Counted from the stretch's first letter, positions 12,057 to 24,839 are shown. The stretch is DNA of 32,000 bases from Magnetococcales bacterium (GCA_002753565.1 PEAM01000033.1:5944-37943), one strand, 5' to 3'. A program made the numbers and translations. Notes: generated by a model not told the origin, from the sequence alone.

Positions 12057-12428
12057 CTACTTGGGCCGTTTCGCTCCATACTTGGACCGGCCCTGCTTCC
12101 GATCTTTGACACCTTGGGTGTCGAGACTACCGCGAACAATGTGGTAACGCACACCTGGCAGATCCTTTACACGTCCACCACGCACCAGAACAACCGAGTG
12201 CTCCTGGAGATTATGGCTTTCACCAGGAATATAGACCGTAACCTCATGCCCATTGGTTAATCGAACACGGGCAACTTTACGAAGTGCGGAGTTAGGCTTC
12301 TTTGGGGTTGTTGTATAAACACGAGTACAGACTCCACGCCGTTGTGGACAGGCTTGCATGGCAGGTACATTGGTTTTCTTGACCTGTGATTTGCGTCCTT
12401 GACGTATTAACTGGTTTACGGTTGGCAT
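12057..12428 (-). CDS. rpsL: 30S ribosomal protein S12
   Basis: [12 protein letters not shown]...[34 protein letters not shown]...[32 protein letters not shown]. Confidence 0.99.
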   Translation of the reverse strand: MPTVNQLIRQGRKSQVKKTNVPAMQACPQRRGVCTRVYTTTPKKPNSALRKVARVRLTNGHEVTVYIPGESHNLQEHSVVLVRGGRVKDLPGVRYHIVRGSLDTQGVKDRKQGRSKYGAKRPK

Positions 12429-12637
12429 TTTAAAACAACTCCAAAAAGCATCTTGACTTGATCACATTAACCCCCCTGATCATTTCCAGAGGAGCCACTC
12501 ATAATAACCGGGAATTTTAGGATGTCAATTTATTTCCTACTAATTGCCGATTATTTTTTCAGCCCTTTTCAACAGGCCTTTTTATCACGCTTGCTTCTGT
12601 ATGATTAACACAAGCAAGAAAGATGTAAATATCTGAT

Positions 12638-15600
12638 TCAACGAGACTTTTTAAATAACTCTTCTCGTGCTTTTCCCGTACCGGCTGGCACAAGCCGACC
12701 CACAATAACATTCTCTTTCAAGCCTGTTAACAAATCCATTCTACCCGCAATGGTCGCTTCGGTAAGCACCCGAGTAGTCTCCTGGAACGAGGCTGCCGAA
12801 ATAAAGGACGGGGTCGAGAGAGAAGCTTTGGTGATGCCCAAAAGCAGAGGGTAGGCCGAGGCCTCCTCTTTATTTCTTGCCCGTACATTCTCGTTCTCTT
12901 TTTCAAACACATCCCTTTCAATGGCCTCTCCGTTCAGGAAGATGGTATCCCCTGTCGTTCGGATGGTCACCTTCTGAAGCATCTGTCGGACAATCACCTC
13001 AATGTGCTTATCGTTGATTCGCACACCCTGAAGTCGATAGACCTCCTGGATCTCGTTGACCATGAAACGGCAAAGAGCTTCCAACCCCATCACCTTGAGA
13101 ATATCCTGTGGAACCAAGGCCCCTTCCATCAACGGTTCACCCAGACGCACATAATCCCCATCGTTCACCGTCAGCTGCTTACCCTTGGGCAGTAGATACT
13201 CTTTGGGATCACCATCTTCTGGCGTAATGATCAAACGCCGCTTACCCTTGAGGTCCTTACCAAAGCTGACCACACCGACATTTTCGGCAATGATGGTAAA
13301 CTCTTTGGGTTTCCGAGCTTCAAACAGCTCCACAACCCGAGGCAAACCACCTGTAATATCACGGGTTTTCGATGATTGTCTTGGCATTTTGGCAATGATG
13401 TCACCCGCCTTGACCTTATCGCCATCCCGACCCACAATCACCGCACCAACCGGCAGGTAATAGCGCGCAAAGGCACCCGTGGGTGTCATCAAGGATTCAC
13501 CCGTCTCTGAATCCTTGAGGGTAATCCGGGGTCGCATATCGGTCTTGCGACCCTGGCTCTTCCACTCCATGATCTCTCTGGAGATCAGGCCGGTGGTCTC
13601 ATCCGTCGACTCTCTGAGACTTACGCCCTCTTGGATGTCACCATAGGCAATGGTACCGTCAAACTCGGTAATAATCGGTGTGGCGAACGGGTCCCATTCG
13701 GCAACCACCTGCTTCTCTGAACAGTGGCCCCCTTCCGGTATGGAAATTCTTGCCCCGTAGGGAACACGATACCTCTCCCGCTCACGACCGGCCTCCATCT
13801 CATCGCCCTTACCGCTCGGCCTTGGTTCGTGCAGCGTGATTTCACCGTTTCTGGAGAGAACAACCTTCAAATTATTACGGTCGGTCACCGTACTCATGTT
13901 GTGATAGCAAACAATCCCGCCATTGACTGTCTCGATGGAGGACTGTTCTGCAACCCGAGAAGCCGTACCACCAATATGGAACGTACGCATGGTCAACTGG
14001 GTGCCCGGCTCACCAATACTCTGTGCCGCAATCACACCGACCGCTTCTCCTTTGGTCACAGCCTGACCTCTGGCCAGGTCACGTCCATAACAGGTGACAC
14101 AGACCCCACGAACCGTTTCACAGGTCAAAGGAGAGCGAATATAGACCGACTCAACACTGGAGTGTTCCAGACGTTCCACATCATCCTCATTGATGATCTG
14201 CCGCGCCCCAACCAACAACTCGTCCGTTACCGGGTCAACGATATCGTTGACGGGACAACGACCCAGAATCCGGTCACCCAACGTCTCGACAACATCGTTT
14301 CCTTCCACCAACGGTTTAGCCGTCAACCCTTTGGTGGTTCCGCAATCCTGCTCCCGAACAATACAGTCCTGAGCAACATCCACCAGTCGCCTGGTCAGAT
14401 ATCCCGAATTGGCGGTCTTAAGGGCGGTATCCGCCAGACCCTTACGAGCACCATGAGTAGAGATAAAGTACTGCAGTACCGTCAACCCCTCTTTAAAGTT
14501 GGCGGTAATGGGGGCTTCGATGATCTCACCTGAGGGTTTTGCCATCAAACCACGCATACCAGCCAACTGGCGCATCTGGGCAGCCGATCCACGAGCGCCC
14601 GAGTCCGCCATGATAAAGATGGAGTTGAAGGAGGGCTGCTCTTCTGTCTTACCTTCTCGGTTGACAACCTCTTCGGTCTTAATCCCCTTCATCATCTCAT
14701 CGGCCACCCGCTCCGTGCACTGGGACCAGATGTCGATTACTTTGTTGTATTTCTCACCCTCGGTAATCAGACCGTCGGCATATTGAGTCTCAATCTCCTT
14801 AACCGTCGACTGAGACTGGGCAAGCAGCCGCTTTTTTGACTTGGGAATAACCAGATCGTCTTTGCCAAAGGAGATACCGGCCCTGGCCGCCACCTGGAAT
14901 CCCATGGTCATCAGCTTATCAGCAAAAATACAGGTAACCTTGGTACCGCAAGAGCGATAGACATGGTCGATTAGTTTCGCCACCTCTTTTTTGGTCTGCA
15001 GGCAATTGATCTTTGCGAAGGCCAACTCTTCCGGCAAAATCTCTGAGAGAAGAATTCTACCCACGGTAGTCTGCTCACGAACCCCTCTAAAACGGCAGGA
15101 AATTCGGGCATGAAGACCGACCACTTTGGCATCGTAGGCTTGGCGCACTTCGGTGGGTGAAGAGAAAGCCATCCCCTCCCCCTTCACATTGACACGCTCC
15201 GAAGTCAAATAATAGAGACCAAGAATAATATCCTGGGTAGGTACAATAACCGGCTTACCATTGGCCGGAGAGAGAATGTTATTGGTCGACATCATCAGAA
15301 CACGGGCTTCAATCTGTGCCTCGATGGAGAGAGGTACATGTACCGCCATCTGGTCGCCGTCAAAATCAGCATTAAAAGCTGTGCAGACCAACGGATGGAG
15401 CTGAATCGCCTTACCTTCGATGAGTTTCGGCTCAAAAGCCTGAATGCCCAGACGATGCAGAGTAGGTGCCCGGTTGAGTAAAACTGGATGTTCCCGGATA
15501 ACCTCTTCGAGAATATCCCAAACCTCTGGCTTCTCTTTCTCCACCATCCGTTTGGCAGCCTTGATGGTAGTCGAGAGACCTTTCTCTTCTAATCGATTGT

Positions 15601-16759
15601 AGATAAAGGGTTTAAACAGTTCAAGAGCCATCTTTTTGGGCAGACCACACTCATGGAGCTTCAGGTTGGGTCCCACCACAATAACCGAACGGCCCGAATA
15701 ATCCACACGTTTGCCCAACAGGTTGAGACGGAAACGCCCCTGCTTACCCTTGAGCATCTCAGAGAGTGATTTCAGCGGTCTTTTGTTGGTTCCGGTAATA
15801 ACCCGACCACGGCGACCATTATCAAAAAGGGCGTCAACGGACTCCTGCAACATCCGTTTCTCGTTACGAATAATAATATCCGGTGCCCGTAGTTCGTGGA
15901 GACGCTTCAGACGATTATTACGATTGATGACCCGGCGATAGAGATCGTTGAGGTCAGAGGTAGCAAAACGGCCTCCATCCAGAGGTACCAGAGGACGCAA
16001 CTCGGGTGGAATAATGGGTACCACCTCCAAGATCATCCACTCCGGCTTGTTTCCAGACTCCTGGAAGGCCTCTAGAGTGTGCAACCGCTTGACGATTTTC
16101 TTGCGTCGTGCCTCCGAGTTGGTCTCTCCCAACTCTTCACGCAGGGTATCTACCTCACCGGGAATATCCAGCCCCATCAGCATCTCACGGATAGCCTCCG
16201 CACCGATACCGGTTCGGAACTCGTCGCCATATTCTTCTTCCAGTTGCATCAGACGGTCTTCTGTCAGCAACTCACCCCGCTTCAGAGGGGTCATACCCGC
16301 TTCGAGTACCACAAAATTTTCAAAATAGAGCACCCGCTCCAGATCTTTCAGGGTCATGTCCAACAGCAGACCGATGCGACTGGGCAATGACTTCAAAAAC
16401 CAGATGTGGGCCACCGGAGAGGCCAGTTCGATGTGCGCAATCCGCTCTCGTCGAACTTTAGATTGAATGACCTCAACACCACACTTTTCACAAACGACCC
16501 CACGATGTTTCAGCCGCTTGTACTTTCCACACAGACACTCATAATCTTTGATAGGACCAAAAATTTTCGCACAAAACAGTCCATCCCGTTCCGGCTTGAA
16601 GGTACGATAGTTGATGGTCTCCGGCTTTTTCACCTCACCAAAGGACCAGGAACGAATTTTCTCGGGGCTGGCGATGGAAATTCGAATACCATCGAAGTTC
16701 TGTCCCAGGGAAGGCCGAGAGAAAATTTTAAAAAGATTCATTTGAGAGTTCTTATCCAT
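12638..16759 (-). CDS. rpoC: DNA-directed RNA polymerase subunit beta'
   Basis: 1373 aa, with the zinc-binding [23 protein letters not shown] and catalytic NADFDGD motifs. Confidence 0.99.
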   Translation of the reverse strand: MDKNSQMNLFKIFSRPSLGQNFDGIRISIASPEKIRSWSFGEVKKPETINYRTFKPERDGLFCAKIFGPIKDYECLCGKYKRLKHRGVVCEKCGVEVIQSKVRRERIAHIELASPVAHIWFLKSLPSRIGLLLDMTLKDLERVLYFENFVVLEAGMTPLKRGELLTEDRLMQLEEEYGDEFRTGIGAEAIREMLMGLDIPGEVDTLREELGETNSEARRKKIVKRLHTLEAFQESGNKPEWMILEVVPIIPPELRPLVPLDGGRFATSDLNDLYRRVINRNNRLKRLHELRAPDIIIRNEKRMLQESVDALFDNGRRGRVITGTNKRPLKSLSEMLKGKQGRFRLNLLGKRVDYSGRSVIVVGPNLKLHECGLPKKMALELFKPFIYNRLEEKGLSTTIKAAKRMVEKEKPEVWDILEEVIREHPVLLNRAPTLHRLGIQAFEPKLIEGKAIQLHPLVCTAFNADFDGDQMAVHVPLSIEAQIEARVLMMSTNNILSPANGKPVIVPTQDIILGLYYLTSERVNVKGEGMAFSSPTEVRQAYDAKVVGLHARISCRFRGVREQTTVGRILLSEILPEELAFAKINCLQTKKEVAKLIDHVYRSCGTKVTCIFADKLMTMGFQVAARAGISFGKDDLVIPKSKKRLLAQSQSTVKEIETQYADGLITEGEKYNKVIDIWSQCTERVADEMMKGIKTEEVVNREGKTEEQPSFNSIFIMADSGARGSAAQMRQLAGMRGLMAKPSGEIIEAPITANFKEGLTVLQYFISTHGARKGLADTALKTANSGYLTRRLVDVAQDCIVREQDCGTTKGLTAKPLVEGNDVVETLGDRILGRCPVNDIVDPVTDELLVGARQIINEDDVERLEHSSVESVYIRSPLTCETVRGVCVTCYGRDLARGQAVTKGEAVGVIAAQSIGEPGTQLTMRTFHIGGTASRVAEQSSIETVNGGIVCYHNMSTVTDRNNLKVVLSRNGEITLHEPRPSGKGDEMEAGRERERYRVPYGARISIPEGGHCSEKQVVAEWDPFATPIITEFDGTIAYGDIQEGVSLRESTDETTGLISREIMEWKSQGRKTDMRPRITLKDSETGESLMTPTGAFARYYLPVGAVIVGRDGDKVKAGDIIAKMPRQSSKTRDITGGLPRVVELFEARKPKEFTIIAENVGVVSFGKDLKGKRRLIITPEDGDPKEYLLPKGKQLTVNDGDYVRLGEPLMEGALVPQDILKVMGLEALCRFMVNEIQEVYRLQGVRINDKHIEVIVRQMLQKVTIRTTGDTIFLNGEAIERDVFEKENENVRARNKEEASAYPLLLGITKASLSTPSFISAASFQETTRVLTEATIAGRMDLLTGLKENVIVGRLVPAGTGKAREELFKKSR

Positions 16760-16832
16760 ACCACTACTCCCCTACAACTCGGGTAGACGACTGAAAAAAT
16801 TCATGATCAAACCACTACTACCCAATGTACGA

Positions 16833-19800
16833 TCACTCGGAACGCTTCAATTCAACATCCAATGCCAAAGATTGCAGCTCTTTGATCAAAACATTGAACG
16901 ACTCTGGAATGCCTGCTTCAAAGGTGTCATCCCCTTTGACAATAGACTCATAGATCTTGGTTCGGCCTGCCACATCATCGGACTTGACCGTCAGCATCTC
17001 TTGCAAGGTATAAGCTGCGCCATACGCCTCAAGCGCCCACACCTCCATCTCACCGAAACGCTGTCCACCAAACTGGGCTTTACCACCCAAAGGTTGCTGG
17101 GTAACCAAGGAGTAAGGACCAATGGAACGAGCATGGATCTTATCGTCAACCAAATGGTGCAATTTGAGAATATAGATATAACCAACCGTCACCGGACGAT
17201 CAAAATACTCTCCAGTCTGTCCATCAATCAGATGAACCTGCCCAGAACCGGGTCGATCGGCTTTCTCCAACCAGTCAACAATATCCTTTTCCGTGGCACC
17301 ATCAAAAACCGGTGTCGCTGTCGGCACACCCTCTCTGAGGTTACCAGCCAGATCAGAAATCTCCTGGTCATCCAGCGCCTTGACCGAACGGGACTGGCTG
17401 GGGTTGGTGTAGATTTGTCCCAGTTGATCCCGAAGGGGCTGAATCTCACCGGTTTTTTTGTAGTGGTCCAACATGGTACCCACTTTAAAACCAAGCCCTT
17501 TGGCTCCCCATCCCAGATGGGTCTCCAAAATCTGTCCCACATTCATACGAGAAGGCACACCAAGAGGGTTAAGAACAATGTCAACGACTGTTCCATCCTC
17601 CAGATGGGGCATATCTTCAACCGGGTTGATCTTGGATATCACACCTTTGTTTCCATGACGGCCCGCCATCTTATCACCAGGCTGAAGCTTACGCTTAACG
17701 GCAATATAGACCTTGACCATCTTCAGGCCACCTGGAGAGAGATCATCACCTCGCTCCAGTTTTTCGACCTTACTCTCAAACCGTTTTTTCAAACGAACGC
17801 CGGCTTTTTCAATCTGCTCACGGATACCCTCAATCTGCTGGGTGATGGCATCATCATCTAAAACAAGCGTATTCCACTTCCGTGATCCCATCTCTTTCAG
17901 CATCACCTCGGTCAACACAGCGCCATCTTTGAGGTTAGCACCTCCACGAACGGTTTTGCCCACCAACATGTTCTTGATCCGCTCATCCGCATCAATTTCA
18001 ATGATACGCCGCTCAGCGATCATATCCTGGCGCAACGCTTCAATCTCATCCTGGTCAATCTGCTTGGCACGGTCGTCCTTCTCCAGACCACGACGGGAGA
18101 AGACTCGAACATCCACCACCGTACCGGCTACGCCGGGCGGCAAACGAAGGGAGGTATCCCGCACGTCAGACGCTTTCTCACCAAAGATGGCCCGAAGCAG
18201 TTTTTCTTCGGGGGTCAACTGGGTCTCCCCTTTAGGTGTTACCTTACCGACCAGGATATCCCCTGCTCTCACCTCGGCCCCCACATAGATGATGCCCGAC
18301 TCGTCCAGGTTGCGCAGGGCATCCTCACCGACGTTAGGCATATCACGGGTTATCTCTTCGGCACCCAGCTTGGTATCCCGCGCCATCACCTCAAACTCTT
18401 CAATATGGATGGAGGTGAAAACATCATCCACCACCAAACGCTCCGAGATGAGAATGGAGTCTTCAAAGTTGTAGCCATTCCACGGCATGAAGGCGACCAA
18501 TACATTGCGACCAAGGGCCAGCTCACCCCACTGGGTGCTGGGACCATCAGCAATAATATCGCCTTTGTTGATATGTTCTCCCCGACGAACCAGAGGGGTC
18601 TGGTTAATACAGGTGTTCTGATTGGAACGAGAGAATTTAATCAGGTTATAGATGTCCACACCCGGTTCCGTTGAACCTGGCTGCTCATCAGCCTTGACCA
18701 GAATGCGTGACGCCTCAACCTCTTCCACAACGCCACTACGGCGGGCAACAATGGTCACACCCGAATCCCGGGCCACACCCGCTTCCATTCCTGTCCCCAC
18801 CAACGGTGCATCCGTTTTAATCAGGGGTACCGCCTGACGCTGCATGTTGGACCCCATCAAGGCCCGGTTGGCGTCATCATTTTCTAGAAAGGGAATCAGA
18901 GCCGCCGCTACCGAAACAATCTGTTTGGGCGAGACGTCCATGTACTCAATTCTATCCGGTGGCGAGACCGTAAATTCCAGTTTATGCCGACACTGAATAA
19001 TGTCACCAGTAATATTCCCCTGACGATCCATGGAGGCGTTGGCCTGGGCAATGATAAAATTCTCTTCATCGATGGCAGAGAGATAGTCCACCTCTCCGGT
19101 CACCTTGCCATCCAAGACCTTGCGATAGGGGCTCTCGATAAAGCCAAACTCGTTGATCCTGGCATGGGTCGACAAAGAGTTGATCAGACCAATATTCGGC
19201 CCCTCCGGTGTCTCGATGGGACAGATGCGACCATAATGGGTTGGATGGACATCACGAACCTCAAATCCGGCCCGCTCCCGTGTCATACCACCCGGCCCCA
19301 ACGCTGAAAGACGGCGCTTATGGGTAATTTCAGAGAGAGGGTTGGTCTGATCCATAAACTGAGAAAGCTGGCTGGAACCGAAAAATTCCCGAATAACCGC
19401 TGAAAAAGGCTTGGAGTTCATGATGTCATGAGGCATCAAGGTCTCTGTCTCAGCCGCTGACATCCGCTCGCGAATCGCCCGCTCCATGCGGACCAATCCG
19501 ATACGCACCTGATTCTCCAGAAGCTCTCCAACCGAACGAACCCGTCGATTACCCAGGTGATCGATATCATCAATCTTGCCATGGCCATCTTTGAGCTTGA
19601 GAAGCACCTCGACAACGCTGAGAATATCCTCCTTACGAAGAATACGCACCTCATTATCACACTCCAGATTCAGCCGGGAGTTCATCTTCATCCGCCCAAC
19701 AGCAGAGAGATCGTAGCGATCTTCGTTGAAGAATAGATTATTGAAAAGGCTGGTAGCGGCCTCCACCGTTGGTGGCTCACCGGGACGCATCATGCGATAG

Positions 19801-20918
19801 ATGTCAATCAACGCTTCATCGGTGGTCTGATTTTTATCGATACGGATGGTATCCGGCAGGTAGGAGCCCACATTGACCTTGTCGATGAAAAGCACCGTCA
19901 GGTTACTAATCCCCGCATCCTCAAGCTGGAGAAGCATCTCTTCGGTTATTTCAGAACCGGCCTCGGCCAACAGTTGACCATGCTGATCAATGATGTCACA
20001 GGATACTACCCGACTGTAAAGATCTTCTGACGGAACCTGAATCCACTCCAATTCAAGCGCTTTGAGCTTTTTAATCAGACGGGGTGTAATCTTTCTTTTG
20101 GCTTTAACAATCTCATCACCGGTTTTAGGGTCCACCAACGCATAGTTCAGGCGGGCACCATCCAGTTTATCCGGGTCAAGGCGCTTTTCCCAGATAACAC
20201 CCTCTTTGCGGTACTCTTCCAACGTATAAAAACGGTTGAGCATCTCTTCGGCGGTCATACCCATTGCCCGCAACAGAGTGGTTACCGGCAATTTGCGCCG
20301 TCTGTCGATTCGAGCGTAAAGAAAATCCTTGGGGTCAAACTCAAAATCCAACCAAGAACCACGGTAGGGAATGACCCGAGCAGAAAACAGATATTTTCCA
20401 GAACTATGGGTCTTACCTTTGTCATGATCGAAGAAGACACCCGGAGAACGATGCATCTGAGAGACGATAACCCGCTCGGTTCCATTCACAATAAAGGTTC
20501 CGGTATGGGTCATGAGCGGAATTTCGCCAAGATAGACGTCCTGCTCCTTGATCTCCTGTACCGTCTTGGCGCCGGTCTCCTCGTTCTCCTCCCAGACAAC
20601 CAGGCGAAAGGTTACTTTAAGAGGAGCGGAATAGGTCATGCCTCGCTGGAGACACTCATCCATCTCATATTTGGGTTCACCCAACTCATAGGTGACATAT
20701 TCGAGACTCAACGTTCCCGCATAATCTTGGATAGGAAAGACAGAGCGGAAAACACCATGAAGCCCATGGTTTCCTCGTTGCTCTACTTCAACTGACTCCT
20801 GAAGAAATCGTCTAAACGACTGCTTCTGGACTTCAATCAAGTTGGGAATGTCAATAATGGTTGGAATGCGGCCAAAATTCTTGCGGAGCCGTTTTTTTTC
20901 GGTGAAGGTCAGGGCCAT
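16833..20918 (-). CDS. rpoB: DNA-directed RNA polymerase subunit beta
   Basis: 1361 aa, [31 protein letters not shown]..., with rifampicin-region motif [33 protein letters not shown]. Confidence 0.99.
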   Translation of the reverse strand: MALTFTEKKRLRKNFGRIPTIIDIPNLIEVQKQSFRRFLQESVEVEQRGNHGLHGVFRSVFPIQDYAGTLSLEYVTYELGEPKYEMDECLQRGMTYSAPLKVTFRLVVWEENEETGAKTVQEIKEQDVYLGEIPLMTHTGTFIVNGTERVIVSQMHRSPGVFFDHDKGKTHSSGKYLFSARVIPYRGSWLDFEFDPKDFLYARIDRRRKLPVTTLLRAMGMTAEEMLNRFYTLEEYRKEGVIWEKRLDPDKLDGARLNYALVDPKTGDEIVKAKRKITPRLIKKLKALELEWIQVPSEDLYSRVVSCDIIDQHGQLLAEAGSEITEEMLLQLEDAGISNLTVLFIDKVNVGSYLPDTIRIDKNQTTDEALIDIYRMMRPGEPPTVEAATSLFNNLFFNEDRYDLSAVGRMKMNSRLNLECDNEVRILRKEDILSVVEVLLKLKDGHGKIDDIDHLGNRRVRSVGELLENQVRIGLVRMERAIRERMSAAETETLMPHDIMNSKPFSAVIREFFGSSQLSQFMDQTNPLSEITHKRRLSALGPGGMTRERAGFEVRDVHPTHYGRICPIETPEGPNIGLINSLSTHARINEFGFIESPYRKVLDGKVTGEVDYLSAIDEENFIIAQANASMDRQGNITGDIIQCRHKLEFTVSPPDRIEYMDVSPKQIVSVAAALIPFLENDDANRALMGSNMQRQAVPLIKTDAPLVGTGMEAGVARDSGVTIVARRSGVVEEVEASRILVKADEQPGSTEPGVDIYNLIKFSRSNQNTCINQTPLVRRGEHINKGDIIADGPSTQWGELALGRNVLVAFMPWNGYNFEDSILISERLVVDDVFTSIHIEEFEVMARDTKLGAEEITRDMPNVGEDALRNLDESGIIYVGAEVRAGDILVGKVTPKGETQLTPEEKLLRAIFGEKASDVRDTSLRLPPGVAGTVVDVRVFSRRGLEKDDRAKQIDQDEIEALRQDMIAERRIIEIDADERIKNMLVGKTVRGGANLKDGAVLTEVMLKEMGSRKWNTLVLDDDAITQQIEGIREQIEKAGVRLKKRFESKVEKLERGDDLSPGGLKMVKVYIAVKRKLQPGDKMAGRHGNKGVISKINPVEDMPHLEDGTVVDIVLNPLGVPSRMNVGQILETHLGWGAKGLGFKVGTMLDHYKKTGEIQPLRDQLGQIYTNPSQSRSVKALDDQEISDLAGNLREGVPTATPVFDGATEKDIVDWLEKADRPGSGQVHLIDGQTGEYFDRPVTVGYIYILKLHHLVDDKIHARSIGPYSLVTQQPLGGKAQFGGQRFGEMEVWALEAYGAAYTLQEMLTVKSDDVAGRTKIYESIVKGDDTFEAGIPESFNVLIKELQSLALDVELKRSE

Positions 20919-21005
20919 CGGAGCTCCTCGTACGGTGCCTTAAGGAGTTTCTCTCTGCCAGTGATCGAAGAGAGAGACGAAAAATGCTAAAAAACACAAA
21001 ACTAA

Positions 21006-21037
21006 TTCGGACGACAGGTCAAAACCTGTCGTCCGAA
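21006..21037 (-). promoter_or_regulatory. Strong intercistronic hairpin between rplL and rpoB (attenuator or RNase processing site)
   Basis: Perfect 14-bp stem read on the minus strand, TTCGGACGACAGGT-TTTG-ACCTGTCGTCCGAA, followed by a T-rich stretch (TTAGTTTTGTGTTTTTT). Confidence 0.7.
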
Positions 21038-21060
21038 AAGATCCATCTTACAGCAAAAGC

Positions 21061-21441
21061 TTACTTGATTTCTACTTTCGCACCAGCATCTTCAAGTTCT
21101 TTCTTGAACTTGTCAGCATCTTCTTTGCTGACGGCCTGTTTGACTGGCTTTGGTGCGCCCTCAACCAGATCCTTGGCATCCTTCAGGCCCAAACCGGTGA
21201 TACCGCGAACCGCTTTGATCACGTGGATTTTCTTAGCACCCGCATCAGCGAGAATGACGTCGAATTCAGTCTGCTCTTCAGCAGCCTCACCACCACCCGC
21301 ATCACCAGCAGCGACAGCTACGGCAGCCGGAGCCGCAGCAGAAACACCAAACTTCTCTTCCAGTGCACTGACCAGCTCGGAAAGTTCCAGAACAGTCATG
21401 GTCTCAATGGCAGAAATCAACTCGTCTTTAGAAATACCCAT
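21061..21441 (-). CDS. rplL: 50S ribosomal protein L7/L12
   Basis: [36 protein letters not shown]...[42 protein letters not shown]. Confidence 0.99.
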   Translation of the reverse strand: MGISKDELISAIETMTVLELSELVSALEEKFGVSAAAPAAVAVAAGDAGGGEAAEEQTEFDVILADAGAKKIHVIKAVRGITGLGLKDAKDLVEGAPKPVKQAVSKEDADKFKKELEDAGAKVEIK

Positions 21442-21537
21442 GGTACAATTTCCTCTTCAGTTTCGAATAGGGTGACGGCGTATCAACGCTCGCTCCATAT
21501 TATTAATAGTCTTATATCGTGTTGGAGAACCAACCCT

Positions 21538-22059
21538 CTACGCGGCTTGCTCTTTTTGCTGGCGCACCTGATCCAACACCCGAACCAAACTACCCGGAAC
21601 AGCAGCCAAGACGCCAACAAAGTTTTGGATGGGACCATTCATGGTTCCCAACAACTTGGCAATCAGTACTTCACGGGTAGGTAGCTTGGCCAAAGCTTGG
21701 ATATCGCTGATACCCAAAACCTTGCCATTCAATACCCCACCTTTGAGTACAAGATTTTTGTGCTGTTTCTCAAAATCACTCAGCGCTTTTGCCGGTGCGG
21801 CCGGATCGTTGGAGAGCGCGATAATGGTCGGCCCGACCAGATACTCGGAGAGCCCTTCAAATTCGGTCCCGGCAGCCGCTCGCTTGGCCAACGTATTTTT
21901 CACAACGCGAATCTCCGCCCCAGCATTGCGAATACCAACCCGCAACGCCGTCATTTCATCGACGGTCAACCCACGATATTCTGATACGATAGCCACTGAC
22001 GAACGTCCGTATGCCTCACGAACCTCCTCAATAACTTGTGCTTTACCTTTTTGATCCAA
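21538..22059 (-). CDS. rplJ: 50S ribosomal protein L10
   Basis: MDQKGKAQVIEEVREAYGRSSVAIVSEYRGLTVDEMTALRVGIRNAGAEIRVVKNTLAKRAA; sits between rplA and rplL. Confidence 0.98.
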   Translation of the reverse strand: MDQKGKAQVIEEVREAYGRSSVAIVSEYRGLTVDEMTALRVGIRNAGAEIRVVKNTLAKRAAAGTEFEGLSEYLVGPTIIALSNDPAAPAKALSDFEKQHKNLVLKGGVLNGKVLGISDIQALAKLPTREVLIAKLLGTMNGPIQNFVGVLAAVPGSLVRVLDQVRQQKEQAA

Positions 22060-22344
22060 TGGTACACCTTCCTTTCGGTTTCGGAATGGATAGCCTAAAA
22101 ACTACCCACTCAGTTTTGCCAGATTAAAGATCTGAGCAATTATGTCCATACCAATCGGTGCCCATTAACAGTAAGAAGGGTCCTTTGGTCTCGGCTGGCT
22201 GATCCCATGGATCGTTTAAGATCTCCTCTCCCCTGTCTGCAAAAAGAAGATCACCGGCTGTCTTGGACGAAACGATAAGGGCGTTCATCTCATTTCCTGA
22301 TGCGGAAAAGAAAAAAGCCCCTTTTATCTGTTCTCAGCGGATAC
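22060..22344 (-). promoter_or_regulatory. Candidate L10 leader (autoregulatory 5' UTR upstream of rplJ)
   Basis: 285-nt untranslated gap with several short inverted repeats (e.g. CAGATCTTTAATCTG) at the position of the known L10 leader. Assignment is positional only; no covariance check was possible. Confidence 0.35.
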
Positions 22345-23037
22345 CTAGATAGATTGCGTATCAACCCGGACACTGGGCCCCATGGTTGAACTGATAAAAA
22401 ACTTCTGCATGTAGGTACCCTTGACAGCTGTCGGTCTCAGCTTGACCAGCTGATCATAGACAACCTTGATGTTGTCAACCAGCTGATTTTCTGAGAAAGA
22501 GGCTTTACCAATTCCGGCATGGATGATCCCGGTTTTTTCAACCCGGAAGGCTACCTGCCCTGCTTTGATCTCTTTGACCACTTTTTCGACATCGAAGGTT
22601 ACGGTTCCCAACTTGGGGTTAGGCATCAAGCCCCGAGGTCCCAATACCCGGCCCAAACGACCGACCACACCCATGAGATCCGGGCAGGCTACAACCCGAT
22701 CAAACTCCGCCCATCCGCCCTGAATCTTCTCCACAAGCTCCTCAGCACCCACATGGTCGGCGCCAGCAGCTTCTGCCTCTGCGGCTTTATCTCCCCTGGC
22801 AAAAACCAAAACCCGGACGGTCTTGCCTGTACCATGAGGAAGCGCGACAGTTCCTCGAATCATCTGGTCGGCATGACGAGGATCGACGCCAAGATTGACC
22901 GCCACATCCACGGTCTCGTCAAACTTGGTATTAGCACAAGCTTTAACTTTCTTGACGGCTTCTAGCAGGCTGGTAGCCTCTTCAGTCGTGCCGACACTCT
23001 CTTTATTTTTAATATACCGCTTACCATGCTTTGCCAT
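22345..23037 (-). CDS. rplA: 50S ribosomal protein L1
   Basis: [15 protein letters not shown]...[60 protein letters not shown]. Confidence 0.98.
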   Translation of the reverse strand: MAKHGKRYIKNKESVGTTEEATSLLEAVKKVKACANTKFDETVDVAVNLGVDPRHADQMIRGTVALPHGTGKTVRVLVFARGDKAAEAEAAGADHVGAEELVEKIQGGWAEFDRVVACPDLMGVVGRLGRVLGPRGLMPNPKLGTVTFDVEKVVKEIKAGQVAFRVEKTGIIHAGIGKASFSENQLVDNIKVVYDQLVKLRPTAVKGTYMQKFFISSTMGPSVRVDTQSI

Positions 23038-23048
23038 CTGATTTTCCT

Positions 23049-23480
23049 CTACTCTACGACTTCCAGACCCATAGACCGGGCCGAGCCTGCGATAATTCGC
23101 TTTGCACCTTCCAAATCTTTCGCATTGAGATCCACCATTTTGGCGTTGGCAATCTCCTCCAGCTGCGCCCCGGTAACCTTACCGATCGGTCCACCCTTGC
23201 CTGGCGTTGAAGAACCCTTGGAAAGATTAAGAGCTTTTTTAAGAAAATAGGAGGCCGGCGCCGTCTTCATCTCGAAAGTGAAGGTGCGATCCTGATAGAC
23301 GGTGATAACAACAGGCGTCGGCGCACCTGGGTCCATCTTCTGGGTCTGGGCATTAAAGGCCTTACAGAACTCCATGATATTCAATCCGTGTTGACCCAAG
23401 GCCGGGCCAACTGGTGGACTTGGTTTGGCGCCGCCCGCAGGAACTTCCAGCTTGATGTAGGCTGTAATCTTCTTAGCCAT
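23049..23480 (-). CDS. rplK: 50S ribosomal protein L11
   Basis: [46 protein letters not shown]. The start at 23480 is the conserved one; the track extends to 23492. Confidence 0.97.
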   Translation of the reverse strand: MAKKITAYIKLEVPAGGAKPSPPVGPALGQHGLNIMEFCKAFNAQTQKMDPGAPTPVVITVYQDRTFTFEMKTAPASYFLKKALNLSKGSSTPGKGGPIGKVTGAQLEEIANAKMVDLNAKDLEGAKRIIAGSARSMGLEVVE

Positions 23481-23511
23481 TTTTGACCTCAATTCTCAAC
23501 TTGAAATTAGC

Positions 23512-24042
23512 TTATTGTTTTTCCACTTGGACGAAATCCAGTTCAACTGGCGTCGACCGACCAAAAATACTCACAGAGACTTTCAATCGTGTCTTATCTT
23601 CGTCAACCACTTCAACCAATCCGTTAAAGGAGGCAAATGGACCATCGACAACCCGAACATTCTCACCAACAGAGAAGGTAACTTTGGGCTTGGGCTTCTC
23701 CATTCCAATCTCTACTTGACGGAGAATGTTCTTCACTTCTCGCTCTGAAAGAGGATGAGGTCTACCCCCTCCTCCTAAAAATCCAGTCACTTTCGGGAGA
23801 TCACAAACCATATGCCATGTCGCATCAGTCAACTCCATCTTGACCAGTACATAGCCCGGGAAAAATTTTCGCTCGGAGGTAACCTTTTTCCCCTGACGCA
23901 ACTCCACCACATCTTCGGAGGGTATCAGAATCTCTTCAAACATGTCCCCACTTCCGGTTATGCGCACACGCTCTTCCAAGGTGGTTTTCACTCTCTTCTC
24001 AAAACCGGAATGAGCGTGTATGACGTACCATTGTTTGGCCAT
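23512..24042 (-). CDS. nusG: Transcription termination/antitermination protein NusG
   Basis: MAKQWYVIHAHSGFEKRVKTTLEER...FFPGYVLVKMELTDATWHMVCDLPKVTGFLG and KOW VGENVRVVDGPFASFNGLVEVVDE. Confidence 0.98.
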   Translation of the reverse strand: MAKQWYVIHAHSGFEKRVKTTLEERVRITGSGDMFEEILIPSEDVVELRQGKKVTSERKFFPGYVLVKMELTDATWHMVCDLPKVTGFLGGGGRPHPLSEREVKNILRQVEIGMEKPKPKVTFSVGENVRVVDGPFASFNGLVEVVDEDKTRLKVSVSIFGRSTPVELDFVQVEKQ

Positions 24043-24172
24043 GAAAACTCTCTTTGATAACTATGGGCGGAAATCCCCTCCCGACGGATAGAGCAACTTC
24101 GCCCCGCCAACCCTATCATTATTCGGCCCGTAACCAATCGAACCCAACAGAGGAGATATTAATAATGTTGTC

Positions 24173-24367
24173 CTAGCCGATTACAGACTGGACGATCATG
24201 GATAGAATGGCATCAACCATCCACAAAAATAGCGAGACCAGGATAACCATACCAAAGACGACAATCGTCGTCTGTGTGGTGTCCTTACGGCTGGGCCAGA
24301 CAACCTTCTTGGCCTCAACCTGAACATCGTGTAAATATCCCTTGAACTGGGTAATACGCCCAATCAC
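24173..24367 (-). CDS. secE: Preprotein translocase subunit SecE
   Basis: KGYLHDVQVEAKKVVWPSRKDTTQTTIVVFGMVILVSLFLWMVDAILSMIVQSVIG. The track ORF extends to 24490, but the in-frame GTG at 24367 is preceded by GGAAGTGGAG and gives a normal ~64-aa SecE. Confidence 0.88.
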   Translation of the reverse strand: MIGRITQFKGYLHDVQVEAKKVVWPSRKDTTQTTIVVFGMVILVSLFLWMVDAILSMIVQSVIG

Positions 24368-24505
24368 AATATGAACTCCACTTCCTGGTGCGTTGCACCG
24401 TGACCTGCTGTAAGTATCTTCCACTCTGCTCAAGCCCTGCCAGCCTTTTTTAGTCGGCATAACAGCACTATCAAACAAGGGCCATCCCATTTTAGCTGAT
24501 TTAAT

Positions 24506-24581
24506 TGGCAGGACAGGAGGGACTCGAACCCACAGCCGTCGGTTTTGGAGACCGGTGCTCTACCAATTGAGCTACTGTCCT
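24506..24581 (-). tRNA. tRNA-Trp (anticodon CCA)
   Basis: AGGACAGTAGCTCAATTGGTAGAGCACCGGTCTCCAAAACCGACGGCTGTGGGTTCGAGTCCCTCCTGTCCTGCCA; full cloverleaf with encoded CCA. Confidence 0.97.
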
Positions 24582-24613
24582 AAATGGGATACTCCCAAGC
24601 AAGAGGAGGGAGT

Positions 24614-24769
24614 CTACTTGATTTTCCCCTCCTTGTGAAGGGTGTGCTTACGACAAGAGGAACAATATTTTTTTAACGCCATCTTTTCAGGCTTTGCCCG
24701 CTTGTTCTTATCAGTCGTATAATTACGGCGTTTACACGCCTCACAACAGAGGCTGATCAAATCTCGCAT
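24614..24769 (-). CDS. rpmG: 50S ribosomal protein L33 (zinc-ribbon form)
   Basis: Manual translation MRDLISLCCEACKRRNYTTDKNKRAKPEKMALKKYCSSCRKHTLHKEGKIK*; 51 aa, below the ORF-track cutoff. Confidence 0.95.
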   Translation of the reverse strand: MRDLISLCCEACKRRNYTTDKNKRAKPEKMALKKYCSSCRKHTLHKEGKIK

Positions 24770-24801
24770 GAATGAACTCCACTACTACCGCAAAATAGTA
24801 A

Positions 24802-24827
24802 GGCAGACAGAACATCGCCTGTCTGCC
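24802..24827 (-). promoter_or_regulatory. Hairpin between tuf and rpmG (possible attenuator or RNA-processing element)
   Basis: Minus strand GGCAGACAG-gcgatgtt-CTGTCTGCC, a 9-bp perfect stem without a clean U-tract. Confidence 0.5.
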
Positions 24828-24839
24828 CCACATGAACAA

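Noticed and set aside
13724-14533. 269-aa plus-strand ORF antisense to rpoC
   Set aside because: Antisense shadow of rpoC with no recognisable domain.
16803-17861. 352-aa plus-strand ORF antisense to rpoB
   Set aside because: Lies wholly opposite highly conserved rpoB coding sequence, resembles no protein family, and such open antisense frames follow from codon bias.
12057-20918. Resistance-type substitutions in rpsL and rpoB
   Set aside because: The S12 segments [10 protein letters not shown] and GVRYHIVRG, and the RpoB cluster [26 protein letters not shown], keep the usual streptomycin and rifampicin determinant residues.
24368-24490. N-terminal extension of the SecE ORF (MGWPLFDSAVMPTKKGWQGLSRVEDTYSRSRCNAPGSG)
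   Set aside because: Not SecE-like. The in-frame GTG at 24367 with GGAAGTGGAG upstream gives a normal-length SecE.
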